A stretch of DNA of 64,000 nucleotides from an uncultured bacterium (GCA_963977015.1 CAXBMO010000009.1:1-64000), one strand, 5' to 3'. Counted from the stretch's first letter, positions 20,156 through 30,667 are shown. The notes: a model not told the origin generated them from the letters alone. Numbers and translations are program-made.

Positions 20156-21526
20156 TCACTTCTTGCCGTCCTTTTTGGACTTTTTGCCGCGCTTCTGATG
20201 TTCATAGGCGGCCATCTCGGTTTCCTGGCCCATATCTCCCTGCGATTTCATCCAGGCCGCCAGCGTCACTTTCAGTTCCTCCATCACGGGCCCATATTCG
20301 GGATCAGCAGCCAGATTCGTCCATTCCAGCGGATCTTTGCTGACATCAAAGAGTTCAAACGCCGGGCGCCTCTGATAGCGGCGAACTTTTTCCTTGGCAT
20401 CCTCGTCCCCCGCATCCGCCTTCAGCACCCAACTCAAAAACTCAGGAGACTTCGTGCACGCATTGGTAAACTCCACCTCTGGAGTCAGATTCTGGATGAG
20501 CTTGAACTGGCGAGAACGAACCGACCGAATCCCATAGTGGCCCGGGTGGTTGATGACTCCGCGTGTCGTCATGATTCCGAATACGTGACTTTTGTGTTCC
20601 TTGGAATCACCGAGCATCACCGGCAAAAAGCTTTTCCCATCCAAGCCGGGCGCAGGCTCACCTCCGGCCGCATCGACCAATGTGGGTGTCACATCGACAT
20701 ACTCGACCATCGCATCCGTCAGAGATCCCTCAGCGATCCTGCCCGGCCATCGCGCGATGAGTGCGGACTGCAGCCCCGAATCATAAAGCGTCCACTTGGC
20801 AAATGGCATGCCGTTCCCCTGCTCGCTGGTCACCATCACGAGCGTGTTGTCGACCAGTCCATTTTTTTCCAACAACTTCAAAATCTGGCCAACCTGTTCA
20901 TCGTAGTAGGTGATCTCAGCCAGGTATCGCGAATACCCATCTCGCGTTTCCGGCGTATCCACCAAATAGGGAGGAAGGACGATTTCCTCCGGCGGATATC
21001 GCCCAGCATCCCCCTTATTCCACGGAGTATGCGGCTCGTTGGAACAGGCAAAAAGGCAAAACGGAACGTTCTCCGCCACACACTCCGCCATGAGGGTGTC
21101 AATTTTCGCCATATCGGGGTTATTCCCTAGGCCGGAATACTCAAACGGGAAGACCTCCTTCGGCGCAATATGAGTCTTTCCACTCAGCGCCACGCGATAC
21201 CCCAACGGCTTGAGGTAATGCACAATGCTTTGCGTTCCTGCCTTGGCAAAGGTGTGATTGGGGTAGGCGCCGCTCCGCACGGGATACAACCCCGTATAAA
21301 TGTTGTGCCGGGTGGGCGAACACATTGGGGCCGCTTGAAAGCAGTGGGTAAATCGCATCCCCTCGGTCGCAAGCCGGTCAATATTGGGAGTGTGCGCTTG
21401 CCCGCCATAACATCCCAAATCGCGATGCGTCAGATCATCCGCATTGATAAAAACGATGTTTGGCAAATCCTGCGCGCGACCAACCGTGATAAACACGAGA
21501 AAACTGAAAATTAGAAGGGGTTTCAT
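20156..21526 (-). CDS. sulfatase (formylglycine-dependent, exported)
   Basis: Signal peptide, PNIVFINADD, CSPTR...TG, GKTH, PH, SEQG, ELFDVSKDPLE. Confidence 0.93.
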   Translation of the reverse strand: MKPLLIFSFLVFITVGRAQDLPNIVFINADDLTHRDLGCYGGQAHTPNIDRLATEGMRFTHCFQAAPMCSPTRHNIYTGLYPVRSGAYPNHTFAKAGTQSIVHYLKPLGYRVALSGKTHIAPKEVFPFEYSGLGNNPDMAKIDTLMAECVAENVPFCLFACSNEPHTPWNKGDAGRYPPEEIVLPPYLVDTPETRDGYSRYLAEITYYDEQVGQILKLLEKNGLVDNTLVMVTSEQGNGMPFAKWTLYDSGLQSALIARWPGRIAEGSLTDAMVEYVDVTPTLVDAAGGEPAPGLDGKSFLPVMLGDSKEHKSHVFGIMTTRGVINHPGHYGIRSVRSRQFKLIQNLTPEVEFTNACTKSPEFLSWVLKADAGDEDAKEKVRRYQRRPAFELFDVSKDPLEWTNLAADPEYGPVMEELKVTLAAWMKSQGDMGQETEMAAYEHQKRGKKSKKDGKK

Positions 21527-21716
21527 AATCGTCTTCCTACTAATCCACCCACAAAAAAGTGTCCAAACACTTTCTTCCCCACAACTGTCCTGATTTTCCT
21601 GCGCGATGGAAAGATTTGCTTCCCAATGGCGTGTAACCTACGTGGCTATGACTGACGATCTCTCGTCGTCGAAACCTAGGTCTGCTGCCTCTTACCGCTG
21701 AAAGCTGAAACCACCT

Positions 21717-23171
21717 ATGAGCAACGCTCCTGCCAATCGCCCTGGAACCATCAAACGTGCCATCAAATGGGCTGCACCACTTTGCGCCGTCGTGTTGGGC
21801 GGCTTCTGGTTGTTCAATGCCAACACCAAAGGGCAAGGGAAAGTTGATCCGGCGACCGTGTTGACCGCCCCAGTCGAGGTTGGCGAGTTCATTCAAGAGG
21901 TGATCGAAAGCGGAGAAGTTGAGAGTTCGAGCAATGTAGAGATCCGGTGCGAAGTGAATACGGGATCTGGCGGAATCGCGATTTTGGAGATCGTTCCGGA
22001 AGGGACCTATGTTGAAGAGGGAGACTTTTTGGTCCGCCTGGACGACGCGGAGCGCAGAGAACGACTCGTGATTCGCCAAATCGAGGTCAATGGCAGCCGC
22101 GCGACGCTCGCCCAGGCAAAAGCAGACCTTCAAAAAGCCAAGCTGGAGCTGGAGGAATACAAATCGGGAACGTTTCGCGAGCAGGAAGAGCAAATGGAGA
22201 GCGAAGAGTTTGTGGCAAAGGAAAACCTCCGCCGGGCACAGGAATATCTTCGCTACAGCCAAAGCCTGGCTGAAAAAGGCTATGTTTCAGAGGTTCAGTT
22301 GGAGGCGGATCGCTTCGCGGTCGAAAAAGCAACCAAAGAGCTGGATGTCTCCCGAACCAAATTGGAAGTGCTCCGAAACTACACTCGGGAAAAAATGCTG
22401 ACCCAACTTGCCGCTGCGGTTGAAACCAGCACGGCGCGTCTCGCTTCAGCCGAAAGGGCTTTCACCATCGATAATGAGCAAATGCTCGAAGAGGAAAACC
22501 AGATCGAAAAATGTGTCATTTACGCTCCGACCGCTGGCCAAGTGGTTTACGTCAACAAGGCAACCTCGAGCGGAGAGCCACAGATTGAAGAAGGCAAAAC
22601 GGTGATCGAGCGCCAACAGATCATCCGCCTTCCTGATCCGAAACGGATGCAGGTGCAGGCTGAGGTCAACGAAGCCCGGATCGATCTGATCGAAGAAGGC
22701 ATGAATGTTGCCATCAACGTCGATGCTCTTCCCGGCGTTGAGCTCACTGGAAAGCTTACAAAGGTGACGGAATATCCGCTCCCTCGGAAGAATTCCTACG
22801 TGGCCCATATTAAAAACTACGGAGCCACCATCATGATTGTCGATCCCCCCGAAGGATTGCGCCCGGGAATGACCGCAGAGGTCGCGATCATGGTCCAAAA
22901 ACGTGACGAGGCGACCAAGGTGCCCGTTCCTGCCGTTTTTGAGCGCGAATCACGCTACTTCTGCCTGGTGAAAGACGAAGAATCTCCACTCTCCGCTCGC
23001 GAAATCGAAATTGGTGCGGCCAACGAGAAATACGTTCTGGTCGAAGCTGGTTTGGAACCTGACGAAGAAGTGGTCCTCAGTCCCGACACCTTTCTGGAAG
23101 ATATCGAACTGCCGGATCCGGCAGAATTAGCGGCCCGCAAGGCTGCCGAGAAGCAGTTGGCAGCCAAATAG
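21717..23171 (+). CDS. efflux periplasmic adaptor (MacA/HlyD-like)
   Basis: N-terminal TM, lipoyl halves (VPEGTYVEEGD; IYAPTAG), long coiled hairpin, LRPGMTA. Confidence 0.9.
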   Translation: MSNAPANRPGTIKRAIKWAAPLCAVVLGGFWLFNANTKGQGKVDPATVLTAPVEVGEFIQEVIESGEVESSSNVEIRCEVNTGSGGIAILEIVPEGTYVEEGDFLVRLDDAERRERLVIRQIEVNGSRATLAQAKADLQKAKLELEEYKSGTFREQEEQMESEEFVAKENLRRAQEYLRYSQSLAEKGYVSEVQLEADRFAVEKATKELDVSRTKLEVLRNYTREKMLTQLAAAVETSTARLASAERAFTIDNEQMLEEENQIEKCVIYAPTAGQVVYVNKATSSGEPQIEEGKTVIERQQIIRLPDPKRMQVQAEVNEARIDLIEEGMNVAINVDALPGVELTGKLTKVTEYPLPRKNSYVAHIKNYGATIMIVDPPEGLRPGMTAEVAIMVQKRDEATKVPVPAVFERESRYFCLVKDEESPLSAREIEIGAANEKYVLVEAGLEPDEEVVLSPDTFLEDIELPDPAELAARKAAEKQLAAK

Positions 23172-23173
23172 AA

Positions 23174-25297
23174 GTGATGGTTGCAGACTCCGGCACTGAA
23201 TCGCTCTCAAGCCCTTCCTCGGATCGTCCTGATGCGGTTAAAATCCGCGATTTGCGCAAAGACTACATCGTCGGCGGCGAGCCACTCCATGTCCTGAAGG
23301 GAATTGATCTCATCGTCCCCGAGGGAGATTACGTCGCGATCATGGGGCCATCGGGTTCTGGAAAAAGTACGCTGTTGAATCTGCTTGGATGCCTCGACCA
23401 AGCCACCAGCGGTGAGTTTTTACTGGGAGGCGAGGAAGTCTCCACCCTGGATGATGATCGACTTGCTGAAATTCGCGCGCAGAATATCGGCTTCGTCTTT
23501 CAGAGTTACAATCTCATCACCACATTGACGGTGGAAGAGAACATCCAGGCCCCCCTTTTCTATGCGGGCCATATCACGGCTGAAGATCGCCAGCGAAGCG
23601 TCGATTTGGCCACCAAAGTCGGATTGGCCAACCGCCTGGACCACCGGCCTGCCCAACTTTCTGGCGGCCAGCAGCAGCGTGCAGGAATCGCCCGAAGCCT
23701 GATCAACAATCCCAGGTTTATTTTGGCGGATGAGGCGACCGGAAACCTGGATTCTGTGACCACCGAGGAGATTCTCGATCTGCTCGACGAGTTGAACGCG
23801 GAGGGAAAGACCATCATCATGGTCACTCACGAGCCTGAAGTTGCCGAGCGCGCCCGTCGCATTATCCGGCTTAGGGATGGCTTGGTGCAAAGCGACGAGC
23901 GATTGAAGGAAATCGAGGCAGATCCACAGCCGCCGGACGTCCACGAACCTCCAAAACTTAACACTCAGGACCGTCTCAACACCGCATCGAAGCGCTTCCT
24001 TCGACCATGGCTGCTGGGGATAAAGAGTCTTTATCTTCACCCGATGCGTTCGCTCCTGACCGTCCTCGGCATTTTTATCGGGGTTGCTTCCGTCATCTGG
24101 TTACTTGCTGTCGGTGAGGGAATTAGCGCGAAAGCCCAGGAAGAGATCGCCAAGCTTGGAGCCACCAATATTATCGTTACGTCGGTACGCCCCCCGCGTG
24201 ACCCGAAGAATCCCTACAACCGCTTGTATGGCGTCACGAAATCCGAATTCGAGGGGCTGACGGAAACGATTCCCACGATCGAACGGGCGATTCCCTACCG
24301 CTACTACAGTCGAGCTCACTACCAATTCATGGGCCGAACGGAATCTTCACCCATCAAAGGCGTGACGACCGATTATCTCAAGATTCACCACATGGAGGAG
24401 ACCGCGGGCCACTTCATCACTGCCGCGGACTATGCGCAGGAAAGCAAAGTCGTGGTACTGGGCAAATTGCTGGCCGACAAGCTCTTTCCCTACGAAGACC
24501 CCATTGGGAAGTCGGTCCAGGTTACAACCTACGACCTGAGCGACTTTTATCGGGTCGTCGGGGTGACGCGCCCGAGCAATCTCGAAGACGAAGATTTGGA
24601 GGGCGAGATCGACGCAAACATGGCTTTCATCCCGCTGTCCACCTACTGGAGAAACGTCTACGACTTCTACTCTCGATCCGAGAACGGAGAACCGACCATT
24701 ACTTCGGTCACCTTTCAGATCACGGACCAGGATGCGGTCCAGCAAACTGCTGATATCATTCGCCAGCGACTCGACACACTTCACGAAAAAGACGATTTTG
24801 ATGTTCTGGTACCGATGGACTTGCTCGAGCAGGCGCAAAGCTCGCGCATTATGTTTATTTCGATGCTGGGACTCGTTGCCGCAATTTCTCTGGTTGTCGG
24901 CGGAATCGGGATTATGAACATCATGTTGGCGACCGTGACGGAAAGAACCCGCGAAATCGGAATCCGCCGTGCGCTGGGAGCCAAGCAGAACGACATTACC
25001 CGCCAGTTTCTTGTCGAAACCATCATCCTTTCCGTCGTGGGCGGATTGGTTGGCATTATTGCAGGCTTTCTGGCCAAGCCCGCAATCATCGGCCTCCGGG
25101 CCTTTGTCCAATCCAGTGCTCCCAGTTTGATGGAAGCCGCCCCGGAGTCGATCCAGACCATGGTTCCGATCGTTGTGCCATGGTCCATTCCTCTCGCCTT
25201 CGGGATTTCAGTGGTTGTTGGGGTTGTTTTTGGAATCTACCCAGCCAACCGGGCTGCGGCGATGAATCCAATCGAAGCGTTACGCCATGTGAATTAG
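23174..25297 (+). CDS. MacB-type ABC transporter (ATPase fused to FtsX-like permease)
   Basis: GPSGSGKST, LSGGQQQR, ILADEATGNLD; RSLLTVLGIFIG; GGIGIMNIMLATVTERTREIGIRRALGA; NPIEALR. Confidence 0.93.
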   Translation: MMVADSGTESLSSPSSDRPDAVKIRDLRKDYIVGGEPLHVLKGIDLIVPEGDYVAIMGPSGSGKSTLLNLLGCLDQATSGEFLLGGEEVSTLDDDRLAEIRAQNIGFVFQSYNLITTLTVEENIQAPLFYAGHITAEDRQRSVDLATKVGLANRLDHRPAQLSGGQQQRAGIARSLINNPRFILADEATGNLDSVTTEEILDLLDELNAEGKTIIMVTHEPEVAERARRIIRLRDGLVQSDERLKEIEADPQPPDVHEPPKLNTQDRLNTASKRFLRPWLLGIKSLYLHPMRSLLTVLGIFIGVASVIWLLAVGEGISAKAQEEIAKLGATNIIVTSVRPPRDPKNPYNRLYGVTKSEFEGLTETIPTIERAIPYRYYSRAHYQFMGRTESSPIKGVTTDYLKIHHMEETAGHFITAADYAQESKVVVLGKLLADKLFPYEDPIGKSVQVTTYDLSDFYRVVGVTRPSNLEDEDLEGEIDANMAFIPLSTYWRNVYDFYSRSENGEPTITSVTFQITDQDAVQQTADIIRQRLDTLHEKDDFDVLVPMDLLEQAQSSRIMFISMLGLVAAISLVVGGIGIMNIMLATVTERTREIGIRRALGAKQNDITRQFLVETIILSVVGGLVGIIAGFLAKPAIIGLRAFVQSSAPSLMEAAPESIQTMVPIVVPWSIPLAFGISVVVGVVFGIYPANRAAAMNPIEALRHVN

Positions 25298-25425
25298 AGC
25301 CCCATTGCGGTTCTGTTAGGATCTTCGTTGCTTTTTCGGGATTTTGCTTGCGTGAGGCTTGCACCGTTCGGCATAAGAGGTAGTCTGAATTTGCCGGTTC
25401 AGGCCCTACCCCCCACCCTATTTCC

Positions 25426-25899
25426 ATGCAAAAAATTGGCTTCGACGACTCGATCGACATCATCACGAAACGAGATCCACGCTATCACAGAGACGCCTAC
25501 TACTTCCTCCGTGAGTCTCTTGATCACACCGTGAAGAGTTTGGGGAAGAAGAACAGTCTTGAGCCCGCGCGCCACGTTCGGGGGCCTGAATTGCTCAATG
25601 GTTTCCGCGAAATGGCGCTCGAGAATTTCGGTCCCATGGCTCCGACGGTACTCAGTGAATGGGGCATTACTCAAACCAGCCATATCGGCGACATGGTTTT
25701 CAATTTGATTGGCGAGGGGACCTTCGCTCAATCCGACGATGACAATCCGGAAGACTTTGTAGACATTTTTGACTTTCACGACGCATTTTCCGCTCCCTTT
25801 CTCCCCGCCAGAAAACGGGAGCGGCCTGACCGTTCGAAGAAGCCGGGTAAAGACGGCGATGCTTATCTATCCAATCACCAGGGCGAGAATCAAGACTGA
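25426..25899 (+). CDS. Minf_1886-family (Verrucomicrobia/Planctomycetes-restricted) protein
   Basis: DPRY..AY.FLRESL, RHVRGPELL.G.RE.AL..FGPMA..VL..WGI, GDMVFNLI. Confidence 0.85.
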   Translation: MQKIGFDDSIDIITKRDPRYHRDAYYFLRESLDHTVKSLGKKNSLEPARHVRGPELLNGFREMALENFGPMAPTVLSEWGITQTSHIGDMVFNLIGEGTFAQSDDDNPEDFVDIFDFHDAFSAPFLPARKRERPDRSKKPGKDGDAYLSNHQGENQD

Positions 25900-25904
25900 G
25901 CTCA

Positions 25905-28448
25905 ATGGCAAAACGAACCATTGAACTCCCTGCGCACGAGCCGCAGCAAGGAACGCTTCCAAACGGCCTTCAATACCTGATCAAAGAGGACGCGCGAGCT
26001 CCGATTGTAAGCCTGCAAGTCTGGGTTCGCGTCGGCAGCATCCACGAAGAAATTTGGTTGGGCGCGGGCATGTCCCACCTTTTGGAGCACATGCTCTTCA
26101 ATGGAACCGCAAAACGGGGTTCCCGTCAGGTTTCCGAAGACGTCCAGGCAGCCGGTGCCTACATCAATGCCTACACGTCGTTCGATCGCACCGTTTACTG
26201 GATCGAAACGCCGCCGGAGGAAACGAACAACTGCCTGGAAATTCTGGGCGACATGACACTGCATTCGACGCTTCCGGAAGAGGAGTTCGTGAAGGAGCTC
26301 GACGTCATCCGCCGCGAAATGGCGATGGGAGATGACAGCCCGGGTTCGGTGGTGAGCAAGCTGATGTTTTCGACCGCTTACCAGGCTCATCCCGTCAAGT
26401 TTCCCGTGATTGGGCACCGCGAAGTCTTCGATCAAATCACCCATGACGATCTCGTCAGCTTCTACCGGAGACACTATGTGCCTAACAATATGTTTTTGGT
26501 CGTGTCAGGACCGGTCGACAGCAAGAAGCTGCTCAAACAGATCGAAACGGTTTTTGGGAAAATCCCGAGAGCACCGCTGCCGCCGGTAATCCTGCCGCCC
26601 GAACCGCGCCAGCAAGGCCGCCGAATCAATCACATCGAAGGCAGCACTCAGCACACGCAGCTTCGCCTGCTCTGGCATGGACCGGAAGTCACGGATCCGG
26701 ACACGGGTGCTCTTGACCTTTTTTCCAGCATTCTGGGTAACGGCCGGAGTTCGCGGCTCTATCGGAAATTGCGCGATGAAAAGGCGTTGGTCCATTCCAT
26801 CTCCTCGTTTGTCTACTCGATGCCCGACACCGGCCTATTCGTCATTTCAGCGGAAGTTGATGCGGATAAACGGGAGGAAGCGGAGGCCGAGATTCTCAAA
26901 CTGGTCAACGAAACCGTCCAAAATGGCATCACCGAACCGGAATTGGCCAAGGCCTTGAATATGGCGCTCAGTGAGTCCCTCGATTCGCTGACGACAACGC
27001 GCGGGGTTGCCAGCGACATTGGCTCAAGTTGGATGCTGACCGGAAATCCTGAGTTTACCCAGGACTACCTCAGGGACCTTCAGTCGGTTACCACAAAGCG
27101 CGTCGCAGAAACCGCACAACGCTGGGTTCATCCTCACAATTTCACGACCGTTTCGTTGAATCCGGAAGGAAGCCTCGCAAAAACCAAGAAGCGGCGATCC
27201 AAAAAAGCCGATGGTAAAACCGAGCGCGTTATGCTCGACAATGGGCTTACATTGTTGGTTTGCCCGGATCGCCGGTTACCGTTGGTCACCGTTCACACGG
27301 CGCTTCGCGGAGGATTGCTCGCGGAACAACATGCACCTGCCGGATTGACGCGCGTTTTTTCCAAACTGTTGACCCGGGATACCCAATCCCGGTCCGCTGA
27401 AGACGTTGCCAACCTGATTGAAAACGTCGGCGGCGACTTCAACAGCTTCTCGGGGTTCAACAGTTTCGGGCTGAGTTCCGAATTGATGGCTCCCGACTGG
27501 AAGATTGGGCTTGAGGCAATCGCGAATGGACTCAATGAGCCGAAATTCGTTCAGGAAACCCTGGATCGGGAACGCGAATTCCAAATCGCCAGTATCAGAT
27601 CCGAGCTTGATCGCCCGATGTCACAGGCGGCCAAGCGCATGCGCGAAACGCTGTTTGCCGGTCACATCTACGAGAATCCGCTTTCGGGAACCGAAGAAAG
27701 CATGTTGCAGATTTCCCAGGATAGTCTCGTTCAATACCAGTCCGAAAACGTGCTCGCGAAAAATGCGGTGCTTGCCGTTTACGGCGATATCGATGCCAAT
27801 GAAGTCAAAGACGCGGTAGCAGAAGCCTTTGGTTCACTCCCGTCCGGTGAACGTCGTTTTTCCAAAGTGGAAGCGCTTCCTGCGTTTAAGGAAACCAAGC
27901 GCATCGTTGAAACGGAATCCCAAAAGCAACAGACCATTGTGCTTGTCGCGTTTCCCACAGACGGCGTGTTTGGCGAGGACCTACTGACCTTGGAACTGAT
28001 TGACGATGCCTGCAGTGACATGAGTTCCCGTCTCTACGTCAAAATTCGTGAAGAACTGGGAGCCGCATACATGGTTGGAACCAGTCGCATCCTCGGTTTT
28101 GCCGGCGGCTGCTTCTATTTCTACACGGCAACCTCACCGGAACAGGCTGATGAGGTTGAGGAAGGCCTTCTCGCTGAAATCGAGCATCTTGGAAAGAACG
28201 GCATTGCCCCGGATGAGTTGACCCGGGCAAAACGGTCCTGGCAGGGAAGCCACAAAAACCGACTCCAGAGCTTGGCCAGCTGCGCCCGCACCCACGCAAT
28301 GGATGAGCTTTACGACTTTGGCTGGGATCACTCACACAAAACTCCGGCGATGATGGACGCCATCGACGGTGAACGGGTTCGGGAAACCGCCGAGCGGCAT
28401 TTCCTCAACAAGCCCCATGTGATCGTTCGATTTGGTCCCGAAAACTGA
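25905..28448 (+). CDS. M16 family zinc peptidase (two fused modules)
   Basis: LPNGL, inverted HLLEH motif, NAYTSFDRTVY, SSRLY..LR; second module lacks HxxEH. Confidence 0.93.
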   Translation: MAKRTIELPAHEPQQGTLPNGLQYLIKEDARAPIVSLQVWVRVGSIHEEIWLGAGMSHLLEHMLFNGTAKRGSRQVSEDVQAAGAYINAYTSFDRTVYWIETPPEETNNCLEILGDMTLHSTLPEEEFVKELDVIRREMAMGDDSPGSVVSKLMFSTAYQAHPVKFPVIGHREVFDQITHDDLVSFYRRHYVPNNMFLVVSGPVDSKKLLKQIETVFGKIPRAPLPPVILPPEPRQQGRRINHIEGSTQHTQLRLLWHGPEVTDPDTGALDLFSSILGNGRSSRLYRKLRDEKALVHSISSFVYSMPDTGLFVISAEVDADKREEAEAEILKLVNETVQNGITEPELAKALNMALSESLDSLTTTRGVASDIGSSWMLTGNPEFTQDYLRDLQSVTTKRVAETAQRWVHPHNFTTVSLNPEGSLAKTKKRRSKKADGKTERVMLDNGLTLLVCPDRRLPLVTVHTALRGGLLAEQHAPAGLTRVFSKLLTRDTQSRSAEDVANLIENVGGDFNSFSGFNSFGLSSELMAPDWKIGLEAIANGLNEPKFVQETLDREREFQIASIRSELDRPMSQAAKRMRETLFAGHIYENPLSGTEESMLQISQDSLVQYQSENVLAKNAVLAVYGDIDANEVKDAVAEAFGSLPSGERRFSKVEALPAFKETKRIVETESQKQQTIVLVAFPTDGVFGEDLLTLELIDDACSDMSSRLYVKIREELGAAYMVGTSRILGFAGGCFYFYTATSPEQADEVEEGLLAEIEHLGKNGIAPDELTRAKRSWQGSHKNRLQSLASCARTHAMDELYDFGWDHSHKTPAMMDAIDGERVRETAERHFLNKPHVIVRFGPEN

Positions 28449-28550
28449 GCAACCAATCTACCTGGGAAAAAAAATCCCGTAACCTAAGAAACGGGGTGAA
28501 AGACGGGGGAATTCACGGCGTGTTTTATGGGTATTACCCAGTAAATGCTC

Positions 28551-28727
28551 TTGAAGTCTATCCACCTATCCTTAGCCCAGCCGCCGTTTCCGGGATTGGC
28601 AGCCGCTGCGCTTGCTGGCGGAGGTGTCGATGATGGCCGGAAGCATGGGAAGTTGAACACAGGACGCGAGCAGGTTGCCGGGGATCCGCCCCGGTTAAAT
28701 ACGCCCCACACGGACAGCCCATTTCAA
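28551..28727 (+). ncRNA. candidate structured RNA (unidentified)
   Basis: GC-rich intergenic segment with extended pairing (28598-28610 with 28665-28679; 28624-28627 with 28657-28660; hairpin 28678-28694) upstream of an intrinsic terminator; strand and ends uncertain. Confidence 0.35.
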
Positions 28728-28782
28728 AATTTTTCGCTCATAAACCCCTAGCGAAATCGAAAACCCCGCCCTACCTAGTAGG

Positions 28783-28818
28783 AGCGCCTCTGGGAGTCAG
28801 TTCCAGAGGCGCTTTTTT
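28783..28818 (+). terminator. intrinsic terminator upstream of sucC
   Basis: AGCGCCTCTGGGA-GTCAG-TTCCAGAGGCGCT-TTTTT. Confidence 0.8.
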
Positions 28819-28869
28819 ATTGCCAAGCATCGCGACCTCACCGACGGAACTCACATTCAGAATCGCCTC

Positions 28870-28897
28870 TTGACGGATCATTAGCATTCCTTATGGT
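28870..28897 (+). promoter_or_regulatory. putative sigma70 promoter of sucC
   Basis: TTGACG-16 nt-TATGGT, 25 nt before the ATG. Confidence 0.45.
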
Positions 28898-28922
28898 GCG
28901 GCGCTCGTTCTGACCCTAACTG

Positions 28923-30107
28923 ATGAATATTCACGAATACCAAGCCAAGGAGCTCTTCGATCAATTCAACGTCGCCAGTCCGCGCGGCAAAGTGGCCGAA
29001 ACGGCTGAAGAGGCTCAAAAAGTTGCCGAAGAACTGGGCGGGGCAGGACTGGTCGTCAAAGCCCAGGTTCATGCCGGCGGTCGCGGAAAGGGCACCTTCA
29101 AAAATGGATTCAAAGGTGGCGTTCATCTTTGCAACTCGCCTGCGGAAGTCGCCGAAAAGGCGGGCCAAATGCTTGGTCAGGTTCTCGTTACTCACCAGAC
29201 CGGTGAAGAAGGGAAGCTGGTTCGCAAGGTTCTGGTTGCTGACTCGGTTGATATTGCCAACGAACTCTATTTTGCGATCCTGATGGACCGCGACACCGAA
29301 CGCCCGGTCATCATCGCCAGTGAAGAAGGTGGTGTGAACATTGAGGAGGTGGCCGAGTCCTCCCCAGAGAAGATTTTGCGTGAGCCAGTTCATCCATTGA
29401 TGGGCTTGCAGCCTTACCAGACGAGGAAGCTTGCAGCCTTCCTTGGATTGAAAGGAGATCAGGCCAAGGCCGCTGGAAAGCTCTTTGCCGCCCTCTTCAA
29501 ACTGTTCATCGCACGTGATTGTTCGCTGGTGGAGGTCAATCCCTTGGTCGTGACAACCGACGGTCAGGTTCTCGCCCTGGATGCGAAATTCAATTTCGAC
29601 GACAACGCGTTGTATCGTCACAAAGACATCGCGGAAATGCGCGATCCGGAAGAGGAAGATCCTCGCGAGGTCGCCGCATCCGAATACGATCTCAACTACA
29701 TTGGCTTGGATGGAAATATCGCCTGCCTCGTGAACGGAGCGGGCTTGGCCATGGCAACCATGGACATCATCAAGCATTACGGCGGCGAACCGGCCAACTT
29801 CCTCGACGTTGGTGGTGGCGCAACCCAGGAGCAGGTTCGCAATGCGTTTAAGATCATTTTGAGTGACCCGAACGTGAAAGGGCTCTTGGTTAACATTTTC
29901 GGCGGCATCATGGATTGCGACGTGATCGCGAAGGGAATTGTCGCCGCCTGCCAGGAGGTTGAATTGAACCTGCCTTTGGTCGTTCGCCTGGAGGGCAACA
30001 ACGTGGAGGCAGGAAAGGCAACGTTGGCAGCTTCCACCGTGAATTTGATTGCGGGTGATGACCTGGCAGATGCGGCCCAGAAAGTCGTGAAAGCGATTGC
30101 TGCCTAG
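28923..30107 (+). CDS. sucC: succinyl-CoA synthetase beta subunit
   Basis: [53 protein letters not shown]. Confidence 0.98.
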   Translation: MNIHEYQAKELFDQFNVASPRGKVAETAEEAQKVAEELGGAGLVVKAQVHAGGRGKGTFKNGFKGGVHLCNSPAEVAEKAGQMLGQVLVTHQTGEEGKLVRKVLVADSVDIANELYFAILMDRDTERPVIIASEEGGVNIEEVAESSPEKILREPVHPLMGLQPYQTRKLAAFLGLKGDQAKAAGKLFAALFKLFIARDCSLVEVNPLVVTTDGQVLALDAKFNFDDNALYRHKDIAEMRDPEEEDPREVAASEYDLNYIGLDGNIACLVNGAGLAMATMDIIKHYGGEPANFLDVGGGATQEQVRNAFKIILSDPNVKGLLVNIFGGIMDCDVIAKGIVAACQEVELNLPLVVRLEGNNVEAGKATLAASTVNLIAGDDLADAAQKVVKAIAA

Positions 30108-30118
30108 TTTCGAGCTTC

Positions 30119-30667
30119 TTGATGAGTCAAAACCACAGCTTCGTCCTTAAGTTTGACCGGCGCTACAGCATGGCTCACCGGCTGAACTCGGGTGTAGCTC
30201 CGAATTGCCAAATTCCGCACGGTCACGATGAGGTGGTCAGCGTGGAAGTCGCCGGTTCTCGGGATCTGGATCCCGACACCAATATGTTGGCGGAGTTTTC
30301 CCAGGTTAAAGGCCGCTGGTTTGATTGGGTCGATCGTGGAGTCGATCACAGCTTCCATTTGGGCGAAAGCGATCCGCTGATTGCGTATTTTCAGGAGAAT
30401 GAACCACACCTGCTCCGCAAAATCCTGGTGACACCGGGAGATCCGACCACAGAAATCAGAGCAGCTTGTTTTGCGGCGAAAATGTCCGCCTTTCTCAGCA
30501 AGGATAATCCTGGACTCGAATGCCAGAGTTTGACGATTCAGGAAACTCCGACCAACGCTGTCGAATTCCTTCCTCCCAACGGGCGCGTGGTGGAAGACGG
30601 TAACCATCGCTGGTGGAATCGCGCAGACTTGAGCATTAACGATTTTGAGGCTCCGCAACCTTCCTGA
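30119..30667 (+). CDS. queD: 6-carboxytetrahydropterin synthase / PTPS family
   Basis: AHRL...CQIPHGH (C-x3-HGH), DH, PTTE, QETP tunnelling-fold motifs. Confidence 0.75.
   Translation: MMSQNHSFVLKFDRRYSMAHRLNSGVAPNCQIPHGHDEVVSVEVAGSRDLDPDTNMLAEFSQVKGRWFDWVDRGVDHSFHLGESDPLIAYFQENEPHLLRKILVTPGDPTTEIRAACFAAKMSAFLSKDNPGLECQSLTIQETPTNAVEFLPPNGRVVEDGNHRWWNRADLSINDFEAPQPS

Noticed and set aside
20198-21130. 310-aa plus-strand ORF (likewise 28881-29777, 48576-49448, 53546-54535)
   Set aside because: Each lies antisense to a well-supported gene
28545-28751. 68-aa ORF, and 75-aa antisense ORF 28484-28711, in the sucC upstream region
   Set aside because: No motif or amino-acid run typical of a leader peptide; RNA structure explains the region better, though not excluded
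28449-28922. tmRNA, RNase P, SRP, or TPP/FMN/SAM/cobalamin/c-di-AMP riboswitch identity
   Set aside because: Hallmark motifs (T-arm/CCA end, GAGGAAAGUCC, SRP helix 8, riboswitch cores) not found on either strand by eye
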